A stretch of 64,000 bases of DNA from Candidatus Nomurabacteria bacterium RIFCSPLOWO2_01_FULL_41_18 (lineage in GTDB: Bacteria; Patescibacteriota; Minisyncoccia; Phycocordibacterales; UBA9973), in NCBI GenBank assembly GCA_001785865.1, contig MFUZ01000006.1, positions 45,674-109,673 on the forward strand, given 5' to 3'. How positions within the stretch are numbered: position 1 is the first letter of the stretch; every line of letters begins with the position of its first letter. Of this stretch, positions 46,684 through 56,416 are shown in pieces. Below the pieces are notes generated by a model. The model searched no databases and was not told the origin of the DNA. It saw only the letters and a program-made list of their open reading frames with translations. Made by a program: the position numbers and the translations under genes.

Positions 46684-47427
46684 GTGGAAAGCCAAAATAA
46701 TCAGAGTTATACAATAAAAACGACCGGTTTCGAAGGGCCGTTTGGGCTACTTTTGGAGTTGATTGAAAAGCGTAAGCTTTTTATTAATGACGTTTCGCTT
46801 GCGATGGTGACAGAAGATTATCTCAAGCGTATGAACGAATTGGGTGGCTCTAATTCGATTCCTCCCGCGGAGATTGCTAGTTTTGTCCTTGTGGCTTCGA
46901 CTTTGATTTTGATTAAATCGAAATCACTTTTGCCGAATTTGGATCTAACAACAGAAGAACAGAGTGATATAAAAAGTCTGGAAGAGAGATTGCGTTTGTA
47001 CGAACTTTTTACAAAATTAGGAATAAATATAAAAAGCAATTTTGGAAAGAAAATAATTTTTGCGCCACTCGAAAGAAAGAACTCAACTTTAGTATTTTTA
47101 CCGGATGAGCAAATTACCAAAGACAGCATGATGATTTTCGCTCGCGATGTGTTAGGGGCTATGCCTAAAAAAGTATTTTTACCGGAAGTGGAAGTGCGAA
47201 AAGTCATCAGCATAGAAGAAATGCTGGATAAATTAGCAGATAGAATTAAAAATAGTTTAAAAATGAGTTTCAGAGAGTTTACAGGCAGTAGCAACAATAA
47301 AGAAGAAAAAGTCACTATGATAGTTGGTTTTCTTGCTATGCTAGAGCTTGTCAGGCAGGGGATTATGGATGCTACCCAAAGTGAAAATTTCCATGACATT
47401 ATGTTAGAAAAACGAGAAGAAATTTAA
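46684..47427 (+). CDS. scpA: segregation and condensation protein A
   Basis: FEGPFGLLLELIEKRKLFINDVSLAMVTEDYLK, the ScpA N-terminal motif. Confidence 0.8.
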   Translation: MESQNNQSYTIKTTGFEGPFGLLLELIEKRKLFINDVSLAMVTEDYLKRMNELGGSNSIPPAEIASFVLVASTLILIKSKSLLPNLDLTTEEQSDIKSLEERLRLYELFTKLGINIKSNFGKKIIFAPLERKNSTLVFLPDEQITKDSMMIFARDVLGAMPKKVFLPEVEVRKVISIEEMLDKLADRIKNSLKMSFREFTGSSNNKEEKVTMIVGFLAMLELVRQGIMDATQSENFHDIMLEKREEI

Positions 47428-47433
47428 AAATTT

Positions 47434-47979
47434 ATGAATATAGAAAAAAAGATAGAAGCAATATTATTTTGGAAAGGGGAGCCTGTTTCTTTAAAGAGAC
47501 TTCAGGATATTTTGAAAGTTTCAAAAGAAGAAATTCTTGAAGCTGTTGCAAATTTGAAAGAAAATCTAGCGAATAGGGGAATAACGTTGCAAGAAAAGGA
47601 TAACGAAATAACGCTGGGTACTGCGCCAGAACTTTCTAAACTCATTGAGGATTTACAAAAAGAAGAATTAAATAAAGAACTTTCAAAGGCAAGCTTGGAA
47701 ACACTTTCCATCGTACTTTATAAAAATGGAGTGAGTAGGGCGGAGATTGATTATATCAGGGGAGTGAATTCTAGTTTTACTTTACGAGCTTTATCTGTTC
47801 GTGGATTAATAGAAAGAATTGTTGATCCAAAAGACAATAGACGTTTTATCTATAAGCCAAGTTTTGAACTCTTGTCTTATATGGGCATAAAGGGAGTAGA
47901 AGAATTGCCGGATTACGCTGAAGTTGCTAGTTCTATAAACGTTGCTGCTAAAAGTTTAGAGGAAGAAAATGAAATATAA
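47434..47979 (+). CDS. scpB: segregation and condensation protein B
   Basis: IEAILFWKGEPVSLKRLQDIL, winged-helix ScpB. Immediately follows scpA. Confidence 0.8.
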   Translation: MNIEKKIEAILFWKGEPVSLKRLQDILKVSKEEILEAVANLKENLANRGITLQEKDNEITLGTAPELSKLIEDLQKEELNKELSKASLETLSIVLYKNGVSRAEIDYIRGVNSSFTLRALSVRGLIERIVDPKDNRRFIYKPSFELLSYMGIKGVEELPDYAEVASSINVAAKSLEEENEI

Positions 47980-47994
47980 AATATGAAATAACCT

Positions 47995-48016
47995 AATGGC
48001 AACGGCCGTGGTCATT
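47995..48016. terminator. hairpin between convergent genes (scpB and the M15 peptidase gene)
   Basis: AATGGCAACGG-CCGTGGTCATT with one mismatch. Shares the core CAACGGCCGT with the 19208-19241 palindrome. Confidence 0.4.
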
Positions 48017-48075
48017 GTGTTATTAGATAAAAATCTGAACACAGCAATAACAGACGGCCGTCCACTAATGCTAAA

Positions 48076-48933
48076 TCAAATACAGTCCGGATTGATAGCT
48101 AAAACATAGTTGTTGATTAAATCAACAGAGGAAACATACTCATCTCCTAAAAATCCTTTTAAGTCTTCTTCTTTTATTAATTCTTTATATCTTTTTGTAA
48201 AATCTTTTGCGAGAGGCAGATATGACCAATGCCATTTTTCTTCATTGTAGCCTGTTGATCTGATATTTCCTCTCGAATTATATGTCTGACAGAATCCAAA
48301 TAGGGGAGCATTTTTGACAAGCCATGCATACACCTTTTTCCCCTCTGAAGATCTGAAATAAGTAAGGTTTGCGTTATTTATATCTATATCTGTACCCCAA
48401 TGGTGGCGAGATGTCCCAGGCACAGCACTATATTCCAGTATTTTCTTAAATCTTTCTAATTCATCAGGTATGCTTTTTAATAAATTTTTTCCATCAATAA
48501 TTGTAATGCCTGTCCACTGATTATCCCAAAGTTCTTTTTGATAATCAAAATTCCTAGTTGCTGAAGCTATTTTTAAATCTATTTTGTCAAAACTAGCGAC
48601 ACTTTGCATTTGTAAATATGCGGTGTATGTTTCTTTTCTTAAATACAACTGATATTGATCCATTTGATCTATCGTGTATTCAGGTGGTATCAGGATAAAA
48701 TCTTCTCTTTGTGAGGGATCAAATTTACCAGTTAAATAAATTTTGTCTTCAGCTTCTTTTATTTTTCTAAGAGCTTCTTCCCTTAAAAATTTTTGATAAT
48801 TTTCTTCATTTTCTCGTTCTTGTCTTATATCCAAGAAATCTGTTGTGAAATAAGGTGTAAATATGAGGAATATCAAAGAAAATACTATCAAAGATAATAG
48901 AAAGTTTAAAATATGTTTTTTTGCGCTATTCAC
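48076..48933 (-). CDS. membrane-anchored peptidase M15 (VanY/D-Ala-D-Ala carboxypeptidase-like)
   Basis: N-terminal TM. SRHHWGTDIDI (SxHxxGxAxD) and EKWHWSY (ExWHxxY) are zinc-ligand motifs of the M15/LAS family. Confidence 0.65.
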   Translation of the reverse strand: MNSAKKHILNFLLSLIVFSLIFLIFTPYFTTDFLDIRQERENEENYQKFLREEALRKIKEAEDKIYLTGKFDPSQREDFILIPPEYTIDQMDQYQLYLRKETYTAYLQMQSVASFDKIDLKIASATRNFDYQKELWDNQWTGITIIDGKNLLKSIPDELERFKKILEYSAVPGTSRHHWGTDIDINNANLTYFRSSEGKKVYAWLVKNAPLFGFCQTYNSRGNIRSTGYNEEKWHWSYLPLAKDFTKRYKELIKEEDLKGFLGDEYVSSVDLINNYVLAINPDCI

Positions 48934-49041
48934 TTGAAAACAATAGCATATTGGTGTGTTTTAATCAAAAAAATGCTATTATTGGCAACGAGTGAGGAAT
49001 AATAAGCTCGATTATTATTCCGAGGGAGTGAACCAATAACA

Positions 49042-50118
49042 TTGTATAAGTTATATATTAGACAAATGTATTTGAGCTTAATCAAAATTTTTTTGCCGAC
49101 TACTATTGCCTTTTTTTTAGGACTATTTCTCACTCCGATCGCTACCCATTTTTTCTATAAATACAAAATGTGGAAAAGGCATTCGAGGACCGAGACGACT
49201 ACTTCTGATTTTCAAAAAATTCATAATGAAAATGCGGAACTCCATACTCCGCGGGTCGGGGGAATGATCATCTGGATTTCCGTTCTTTCAACCACGCTAC
49301 TTTTTTTTCTAGTTTCCAGTTTATTTCCATCCGAGAACAGCTCCAAATTGAATTTTTTAAGCCGTAATCAGACCTTGATACCGGTTTTTACTCTGCTTTT
49401 CGGATCTCTTATCGGGCTTTGGGATGATCTCATCCAGATATATGGCACCGGTAAATTTGCTCGCGACGATAAGGCTTGGCGCAAGTGGAAAGTCCTTTTG
49501 GTCACCAGCATGGCTCTCATGATCGGCGCCTGGTTTTTTTATAAATTAGGTATGACCTCCGTCCAAATCCCATTTATTGGGGAAATGTATTTGGGCATTC
49601 TGATCATTCCATTTTTTGTGATCGTCGCGCTCGCGACTTTTTCCGGTGGGGTCATAGACGGTATCGACGGGCTCTCGGGGGGAGTGCTCGCGTCCATTTT
49701 TGCCGCATATTCTGCCATAGCATTTGCCAACAATCAGATAGACATCGCTGCTTTCTCCGGAGTGATCACTGGGGCAGTTTTGGCGTTTCTCTGGTTCAAC
49801 ATTCCTCCCGCCAGGTTTTATATGGGAGAGACCGGCATGATGGGTCTTCTCATAACCTTGGCTACGCTCGCATTTCTGACGGATTCAGTTTTCATTCTGC
49901 CGATTATCGCTATGCCGCTCGTCATCACATCGCTCTCTGTAATCCTACAGATAGCTTCAAAAAAAATGAGAGGGGGAAAAAGATTGTTCCGGCTAGCGCC
50001 GCTCCACCATCACTTTGAGGCCATGGGATGGTCGCGCTACAAAGTCACTATGCGTTTTTGGATTCTGTCGATTGTGTTTGCGATTATAGGCATAATTTTA
50101 GCAATTATTAGCCGATGA
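49042..50118 (+). CDS. mraY: phospho-N-acetylmuramoyl-pentapeptide transferase
   Basis: Polytopic membrane protein. GGVIDGIDGLSGG and WDDxxQ motifs of the MraY/WecA family. Precedes ftsW and murG. Confidence 0.85.
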   Translation: MYKLYIRQMYLSLIKIFLPTTIAFFLGLFLTPIATHFFYKYKMWKRHSRTETTTSDFQKIHNENAELHTPRVGGMIIWISVLSTTLLFFLVSSLFPSENSSKLNFLSRNQTLIPVFTLLFGSLIGLWDDLIQIYGTGKFARDDKAWRKWKVLLVTSMALMIGAWFFYKLGMTSVQIPFIGEMYLGILIIPFFVIVALATFSGGVIDGIDGLSGGVLASIFAAYSAIAFANNQIDIAAFSGVITGAVLAFLWFNIPPARFYMGETGMMGLLITLATLAFLTDSVFILPIIAMPLVITSLSVILQIASKKMRGGKRLFRLAPLHHHFEAMGWSRYKVTMRFWILSIVFAIIGIILAIISR

Positions 50119-51248
50119 CCCTTCATGAAATGAAAGGTAAAAAGATAGACAGATTTTTTTTGATAATTGTCGGACTATTGCTTGCTATTGGAGTTGCCAT
50201 ATTTATCTCTGCTTCCTTGGGGGATTATGCGAAAAATAAGGACCTTTTTCGTTCTATTCTCTATAGCCAGTTGGTTCTTGGTCTCGGCATCGGACTAATA
50301 GGGATGTTTATTTGCTCCAAGATCAATTATAAGTTTTGGAGAAAATTTTCTCTGTTCTTCTTTATTATCTCAATCCTTCTCACCATTGCTGTCTTCATAC
50401 CCGGACTCGGCACAAACCAGAACACTGGGGCGACCAGATGGATCTCTGTCTTCGGATTTTCTTTCCAACCGGTAGAATTTCTAAAATTTGGTTTCATTAT
50501 TTATTTTGCTTCCTGGCTGTCTTGGGCAAAAAACAAAACCAATGATTTTAAATATAAGATCTTGCCTCTTGGCATAATTCTTTTATTTATCGCAATAATT
50601 CTGCGTTTCCAACCCGATCATAAAAGCATCATTTTGATCTCTATGACCGGAATTTTCATGCTTTATATCTCCGGTGCTTCCCTAAAATATCTCCTCGGGA
50701 CCGGGGCGATCCTGGTCATCGCCCTGGGCTCTCTAGTTTTTTTCACGCCTTATCTCCAGGAGCGGGTGAAGACGTTTGTCGATCCATCTTTGGACCCGAG
50801 GGGATCTTCTTATCAAATCCAGCAGTCTCTCATCGCGATCGGTTCTGGAGGGATCTTCGGACGTGGCTATGGCCAAAGTATTCAAAAATTCAACTATCTT
50901 CCCGAGTCGCAAGGAGATTTTATTTTTGCTGTACTAAGCGAGGAGCTCGGTTTTATCGGAGCGTTTGGCACCATATTTCTTTATCTACTTTTTACTCTCC
51001 GCGGATTTCGCATTGCCAACAATTCTCCAGATGCCTTCGGTAGACTTTTGGTCTCCGGAATTGTTATACTAATTGCGGTGCAATCCTTCATGCACATAGC
51101 CTCCGTCACCGGAGTTTTTCCGCTGACGGGAGTGCCGTTGGTGTTTATGAGCCAAGGTGGTACTGCGCTCATGATATATCTTGCGGCAACAGGTATAATA
51201 TTAAACGTATCGAAGTTTGCCACTCGAAGCGGGAGAGGAGAGGCCTAA
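50115..51248 (+). CDS. ftsW: SEDS-family peptidoglycan polymerase FtsW/RodA
   Basis: ...QPVEFLKFGFIIYFASWL...PESQGDFIFAVLSEELGFIGA..., the FtsW/RodA pattern. Lies between mraY and murG. Confidence 0.8.
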   Translation: MTLHEMKGKKIDRFFLIIVGLLLAIGVAIFISASLGDYAKNKDLFRSILYSQLVLGLGIGLIGMFICSKINYKFWRKFSLFFFIISILLTIAVFIPGLGTNQNTGATRWISVFGFSFQPVEFLKFGFIIYFASWLSWAKNKTNDFKYKILPLGIILLFIAIILRFQPDHKSIILISMTGIFMLYISGASLKYLLGTGAILVIALGSLVFFTPYLQERVKTFVDPSLDPRGSSYQIQQSLIAIGSGGIFGRGYGQSIQKFNYLPESQGDFIFAVLSEELGFIGAFGTIFLYLLFTLRGFRIANNSPDAFGRLLVSGIVILIAVQSFMHIASVTGVFPLTGVPLVFMSQGGTALMIYLAATGIILNVSKFATRSGRGEA

Positions 51249-51271
51249 AAAGTTAATTTATATAAGATCAT

Positions 51272-52417
51272 ATGAAAATAGTTTTTACAGGTGGCGGAAC
51301 AGGGGGACATTTTTATCCCATTATTGCTGTCGCTCAAAAAGTAAATCAGATAGTGGATAATGAAAACATAACGAGCGTCAAGCTCTATTATGTTTCGGAC
51401 AGCCCTTATGACAAGGAAATGCTTTTTGAAAATAGACTCATCTACGAAGAAATAAGTGCCGGCAAGATGCGGACTCGTACCTCATTCAAAGGTCGTTTCT
51501 TGAATTTTTTGGACATTTTTAAAATTTTTTTTGGCACAGTAAACGCTATTTACAAGATGTTCTCGATATTCCCCGATGTTGTTTTTGGCAAAGGTGGCTA
51601 TGCTTCATTCCCGGCGATCTTTGCTGCCAGACTTTTGCGTATCCCCGTCGTCATCCACGAATCCGATTCAGCTCCCGGTAGAGTGAACAAATGGGCAGGA
51701 CATTTCGCTAAAAAGATCGCAGTCTCATTTATCGAAGCGGCGGAATTTTTCCCAAAAAAAGGCATTGCCTGGACAGGGCAACCGACTAGGACCGAGATTG
51801 AAAATCCGGCTTCGAGAAATGAGGCTCTAGAGTACTTCAAGCTGGAGTCTAGCTTACCCGTCATCCTAGTCTTGGGTGGCTCTCAAGGTGCGGAACTTAT
51901 CAATAATACTGTCTTGGATGCATTGCCGAGACTCCTCCTAAATTATCAGGTTATTCACCAGACCGGAGTGAGAAATTATAAAATGGTCGTGGATCGGGCG
52001 GAAGTCGTGCTTTCGAGGAATCCAAACAAACTTCGATATGTATCTACTGCTTTCTTAAATCCGCTGTCTATGAAAATGGCTGCCGGAGCGGCGACTATTG
52101 TCATATCCCGCGCTGGATCGATGCTCTTTGAAATAGCATCTTGGGGTGTGCCGTCTATTCTAATACCGATAACCAATACGAATATGGACCACCAGAAAAG
52201 AAATGCTTTCAATTACGCCCGTGCTGGAGCGTGCAGTGTCGTAGAAGAAATGAATATGACTGCAAATATCCTAAGTTCGGAGATAGAAAGAATAATAGAA
52301 GACAAAGAGGGATATAAAATGATGAGAGAGAATGCCAAGGCTTTCCATAAGCCGGATGCCGCCATGAAAATAGCTAGAGAATTGGTGGATATTGCTTTGA
52401 GTCACGAGTCCCGTTAG
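51272..52417 (+). CDS. murG: UDP-GlcNAc:lipid I N-acetylglucosaminyltransferase
   Basis: MKIVFTGGGTGGHFYP. GT28 N- and C-domains. Confidence 0.88.
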   Translation: MKIVFTGGGTGGHFYPIIAVAQKVNQIVDNENITSVKLYYVSDSPYDKEMLFENRLIYEEISAGKMRTRTSFKGRFLNFLDIFKIFFGTVNAIYKMFSIFPDVVFGKGGYASFPAIFAARLLRIPVVIHESDSAPGRVNKWAGHFAKKIAVSFIEAAEFFPKKGIAWTGQPTRTEIENPASRNEALEYFKLESSLPVILVLGGSQGAELINNTVLDALPRLLLNYQVIHQTGVRNYKMVVDRAEVVLSRNPNKLRYVSTAFLNPLSMKMAAGAATIVISRAGSMLFEIASWGVPSILIPITNTNMDHQKRNAFNYARAGACSVVEEMNMTANILSSEIERIIEDKEGYKMMRENAKAFHKPDAAMKIARELVDIALSHESR

Positions 52418-52468
52418 AAATAAATTTTAATGTTGCGTAAAAGATTGTCTTTGATATAATAGAAGCAT

Positions 52469-52810
52469 ATGAAGAAAAAAATCGAAACTAAAAAAATGAC
52501 AATTGATAAGTTGGCTATTATGATGAATAATGGTTTTGAAAGTATTGAATCAAGAATGGCAACAAAAGATGACATTAAAGGTCTCAAAAATGAAATTGAA
52601 GGTGTAAAGAAAAATGTGAATGATATTAGGAAAGATGTTTCTAGTAATACCAAGGTTTCAAATTTAATGCTGAAAGAAATTTCAGCTATTCATGAGGACA
52701 ACAAACGTTTCAGAGAAACTGTCGCAAGTTTAAATATGGATGGGGTATCTTACAATAGAAGGATAGAAAATCTAACTATTCGTGTAGAAAAATTAGAAAT
52801 AAAGAAATAG
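52469..52810 (+). CDS. small coiled-coil hypothetical protein
   Basis: Heptad-like charged sequence. No family recognised. Confidence 0.35.
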   Translation: MKKKIETKKMTIDKLAIMMNNGFESIESRMATKDDIKGLKNEIEGVKKNVNDIRKDVSSNTKVSNLMLKEISAIHEDNKRFRETVASLNMDGVSYNRRIENLTIRVEKLEIKK

Positions 52811-52851
52811 TTAAACAATATGCAATATGTTCAAAATTTTAAGCACGAATC

Positions 52852-52876
52852 GAGAGAGAGAGAGAGAGAGAGAGAG
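52852..52876. repeat. (GA)12 dinucleotide microsatellite
   Basis: gagagagagagagagagagagagag, 25 nt, a perfect tract. It sits between an ATG at 52820 (frame 2) and a long frame-1 ORF. Confidence 0.95.
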
Positions 52877-53187
52877 TAAAAGCTCCCTCTAAAAATAGAT
52901 TTTCAAATTCACAAAAACTTTTACACACCTTCATCTTTGGAATAATTTTAATTACTCCTTTCTTTTTTGCTTCACAGGCATTTGCAGCAACCCTAGATCC
53001 TGATTTTCCAATAACCACTTGCGGAGAGATTGAAGCTCTCGGCACCTACACTCTCGGAGAAAACATCGGAGATGGAGAAGGAACTGAGGGCCCTCTTGAT
53101 CCTCTCGGACCGACGGACACTTGCATTACCGTAAACTATGCCGATGGTGATGTTGATATAGACAACAATGGATTCACAATAACAGGA

Positions 53188-55059
53188 TTGGTGAGTTTTG
53201 AGCTTGGGACTACTATCGCTGATACCTTTACTGGTGATGCGGTTTTTAATGGAAATAGTGTTTTTCTTGGCGAAGGTGATAGCGTTATTACCGGTAATGT
53301 CACCTTTAACGATGATTCGAGAGCCGGCAATGATCCTTCCAATCCCCCCGAAGTAGTTGGAAATGTTATTTTTGATACGGAGAGTCTTTTCTCCACAAAT
53401 ATCATAGTAAGTGGCACAGCTACATACATGAATGTAACGGGTACAACGACTATGACCATACCGGATTTACCAGGACCTTTGTATTTTGGAGTAATTGCCA
53501 CTGGTGCCAAAAATGCAGAGGACGAAGATATCATCAATTGGGTCTTTAACGGCACGGGTGAAAACAGTACAAACAACCAAGGAGCGGTATTGGGTGACGC
53601 AGAATTCAACGGGGTCAGTTTCAATTCTGATTATGCCCCGGGTATGATAATTGAAGGCAATGCTACCTTCAACGACCAAAGCTACAACAATGGTGAAGTC
53701 ACCGGCCAAGCCAAATTCACCTACACAGACGGGTCGGGAACTATTACTATTGGCTTTAATATGCAGTGGGGAGCGGGTACAGCAGGAACAATAGTGGGGG
53801 CAAGTGACGAGCCAATTACTGACTGGGTATTTGTCGACTCTAGTAATTATGGGGAGATTACGGCAGACACTGTTTCTTTTTCTGGAACAGAGGGTTTGGG
53901 AGGTTCCAATCAAGGGCCAATTACTGCTAACTTGGTTACATTTAATAGTCTTACTAGTAATACTAATAATATTACAGGTGACGTTGTATTTAATGGTGAC
54001 AGTAATAACGAAGACGGAACAACCATTACCGGAGATGCCACTTTCACCGGCGACCTCTCCGAAAATAACGGAACCGTCTCCGGCACCCTCACCCGCCGCT
54101 ACACCTCAGCCACCAGCCCCACTCGCGACTTCACCGCTACACCTTGGACCGTCCTAGTTGACGGAGCCGAAGTAGATGTTAGTGGTGCCACATATGATGA
54201 AACTACAATTTTCTCATCAGAGAACAGCGGCTGTTTTATTGGAGGTCCGACACCAGCGTGTGTCATCCCCACCGTCACCACTCCCACATCTACATCAGTC
54301 ACTGAAACCACCGTCACCTTGGGAGGAAATGTCACCTCTCTCGGCCTTCCTACCTCCATCTCCGCTCGTGGTACATGCCTTGACACCACTTCATCACCAG
54401 TGACAAATTGTGTTGCCGAAGGAGGCACTACCACAGGAGTCTTCACCCAAGCTCGTACCGGGCTCACTGCCGGAACTTTGTATTACTATCGCGCCTATGC
54501 CACGAACGATACTGGTACCGCCTATTCGGCGGATGGTACGTTTACGACGAGTGAAGCTACATCTTCCTCTGGTAGTGGTGGTAGTAGCAGAAGAAACACA
54601 ATAGCTCCGCCTCCACCAAACATCATACCTCCAGCCTGCCAAGCGGGGGATATCTTTAGCGCTGTAACTGGCTTGTCTTGCGTTTCAACTCCTCCCGCCG
54701 TCTGTCCAATTGGGGATCTCTTCAGCGCTGTGACTGGACTGCCTTGCACCACGCATATTGTTCTGCCTTTCAGTCCAGCTGTTCCTGAGAACATTCCAGG
54801 AAGTCCACCTCTGCAGACAGGAAACGAGAACACTCCTTCCTACAATTTCGGTCTGGCCACTCTTAAGAATGGAGGTAGTGGCATAGCAGTTACAGATCTT
54901 CAAAGATTCTTGAATGCCAAACTGAACCTCAGTTTAATTCTTGATGGAAATTTCGGCCCAAAAACCAAAGCTGCCGTTATTTTGTTCCAGATCGAGAACG
55001 GACTCGTTCCGGACGGCATCGTGGGACCCTTGACGAAGGAGAAAATGAATGGGATCTAA
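53188..55059 (+). CDS. secreted beta-helix-like repeat protein with C-terminal PG_binding_1 domain; 5' end out of frame with its start (see findings)
   Basis: The ORF-track start is a TTG. The same frame is open upstream to 52843 and encodes a signal peptide (LLHTFIFGIILITPFFFASQAFAAT), but that frame has no Met. Body: repeated GDxxFNG/TFN(D/G) units, an Fn3/Ig-like segment, and two CxxGDxFSAVTGLxC repeats. C-terminus: GIAVTDLQRFLNAKLNLSLILDGNFGPKTKAAVILFQIENGLVPDGIVGPLT, a peptidoglycan-binding domain. Confidence 0.6.
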   Translation: MVSFELGTTIADTFTGDAVFNGNSVFLGEGDSVITGNVTFNDDSRAGNDPSNPPEVVGNVIFDTESLFSTNIIVSGTATYMNVTGTTTMTIPDLPGPLYFGVIATGAKNAEDEDIINWVFNGTGENSTNNQGAVLGDAEFNGVSFNSDYAPGMIIEGNATFNDQSYNNGEVTGQAKFTYTDGSGTITIGFNMQWGAGTAGTIVGASDEPITDWVFVDSSNYGEITADTVSFSGTEGLGGSNQGPITANLVTFNSLTSNTNNITGDVVFNGDSNNEDGTTITGDATFTGDLSENNGTVSGTLTRRYTSATSPTRDFTATPWTVLVDGAEVDVSGATYDETTIFSSENSGCFIGGPTPACVIPTVTTPTSTSVTETTVTLGGNVTSLGLPTSISARGTCLDTTSSPVTNCVAEGGTTTGVFTQARTGLTAGTLYYYRAYATNDTGTAYSADGTFTTSEATSSSGSGGSSRRNTIAPPPPNIIPPACQAGDIFSAVTGLSCVSTPPAVCPIGDLFSAVTGLPCTTHIVLPFSPAVPENIPGSPPLQTGNENTPSYNFGLATLKNGGSGIAVTDLQRFLNAKLNLSLILDGNFGPKTKAAVILFQIENGLVPDGIVGPLTKEKMNGI

Positions 55060-55067
55060 CTCGACAT

Positions 55068-55086
55068 ACGGAGGCAACGCCTCCGT
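55068..55086 (+). terminator. hairpin after the surface-protein gene
   Basis: ACGGAGGC-aac-GCCTCCGT. Confidence 0.45.
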
Positions 55087-55132
55087 AAGGAGAATAATAC
55101 AAGGGGGTTGAGTTTTGTGTTATTATGTAAGC

Positions 55133-56416
55133 ATGTCCGACATAAAAGTTGTAACTAGATTTGCGCCGTCGCCGACGGGATTTATGCATGTGGGAGGGGT
55201 GCGAACCGCCCTTTATGCCTGGCTTTTGGCTCGTAAAAACCAGGGTACTTTTATATTACGTATTGAAGACACTGATAAAGAAAGGGAGGTGGAAGGTTCA
55301 ATTGAGCATATTAAAGAATCACTAAAATGGCTCGGCTTGAATTGGGATGATTTTTGTATTCAATCAGAACGCTTGGATATTTATAAAAAATACGCGGACA
55401 GACTTTTGGAAAAAGGTTTCGCATATTCGGACGGAGGAGCTTTAAGATTCAAAATTATCGAAAAGAAACGCACGCAGTGGCATGATCTGGTGTGGGGAGA
55501 CCTTTCGGCGGGTGAAGAAGCTTTGGAGGATTTTATTCTGATCAAGAGCGACGGCTATCCGACATACAATTTTGCGCATATTGTCGATGATATCGAAATG
55601 GGGGTGACCCATGTGGTGCGGGGCCAGGAATTTATTTCTTCAACTCCGAAATTTTTATCGGTATACGAAGCGCTAGGCATCACTCCGCCTTTTTTTGTTA
55701 CGACTCCTCCAATACTTGGAGAAAAAGGAACAAAAAAATTAAGTAAAAGAGATGGTGCGAAAGATATTTTGGATTACAAAAAAGAAGGATATTTGCCTGA
55801 AACGATGATAAATTATTTGGCATTTCTTGGTTTCAACCCGGGAGGGGAAAGGGAAGTGTATACACCAGAAGAATTAATAAAAGTTTTTGACTTAAGCAAA
55901 ATCCAGCGTTCGGGTGCCAAGTGGAGCGATGATAAATTGAACTGGATGAATAAAGAGCATATGAAATTGCTTCCGCTAAAAGAAATTGAAAAAAATATTT
56001 TCGAATTTTTGAGCGAGGACATGAGAAATCCGAAATTAGTCCCAATAATCTTTGAAAGAATTTCAAAATGGGGAGAAGTGAAAGACATGGTAGAAAGGGG
56101 AGAGCTAGATTTCTTTTTCAATCTACCTTCTGTGCCTAAAGAAAAATTAGTGTACAAGAACTCTACTCCAGAAAAAACTACCAGCAATTTAAAATTGGCA
56201 GTCCAAGCCCTCCAAAATATCGATGAGGATAACTTTACCGCGGAAAATGTCAAAAGCGCTCTGATGCTGATCGCAGAAACGCTTCCGAAAAGGGGAGAGC
56301 TGCTCCATCCAGTACGCTATGCCTTATCCGGACTCGACAATTCACCCGATCCGTTTATTATCGCCTATATTTTAGGAAAAAATGAAACATTATCTAGATT
56401 ACAAAAGGCTTTTTAG
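55133..56416 (+). CDS. gltX: glutamyl-tRNA synthetase
   Basis: RFAPSPTGFMHVGGVRTALYAWL (HIGH region) and KLSKRDG (KMSKS). The start is set at the ATG (MSDIKVV); the ORF track begins at an upstream TTG. Confidence 0.9.
   Translation: MSDIKVVTRFAPSPTGFMHVGGVRTALYAWLLARKNQGTFILRIEDTDKEREVEGSIEHIKESLKWLGLNWDDFCIQSERLDIYKKYADRLLEKGFAYSDGGALRFKIIEKKRTQWHDLVWGDLSAGEEALEDFILIKSDGYPTYNFAHIVDDIEMGVTHVVRGQEFISSTPKFLSVYEALGITPPFFVTTPPILGEKGTKKLSKRDGAKDILDYKKEGYLPETMINYLAFLGFNPGGEREVYTPEELIKVFDLSKIQRSGAKWSDDKLNWMNKEHMKLLPLKEIEKNIFEFLSEDMRNPKLVPIIFERISKWGEVKDMVERGELDFFFNLPSVPKEKLVYKNSTPEKTTSNLKLAVQALQNIDEDNFTAENVKSALMLIAETLPKRGELLHPVRYALSGLDNSPDPFIIAYILGKNETLSRLQKAF

Noticed and set aside
48043-48062. GACGGCCGTC palindrome as a second terminator hairpin
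   Set aside because: A 10-bp palindrome with no loop cannot form a stable hairpin. It was noted only because it shares the CGGCCG core.
52852-52876. GA tract as a possible CRISPR or other repeat array
   Set aside because: It is a simple dinucleotide microsatellite with no spacers. No CRISPR-like repeat-spacer structure exists anywhere in the window.
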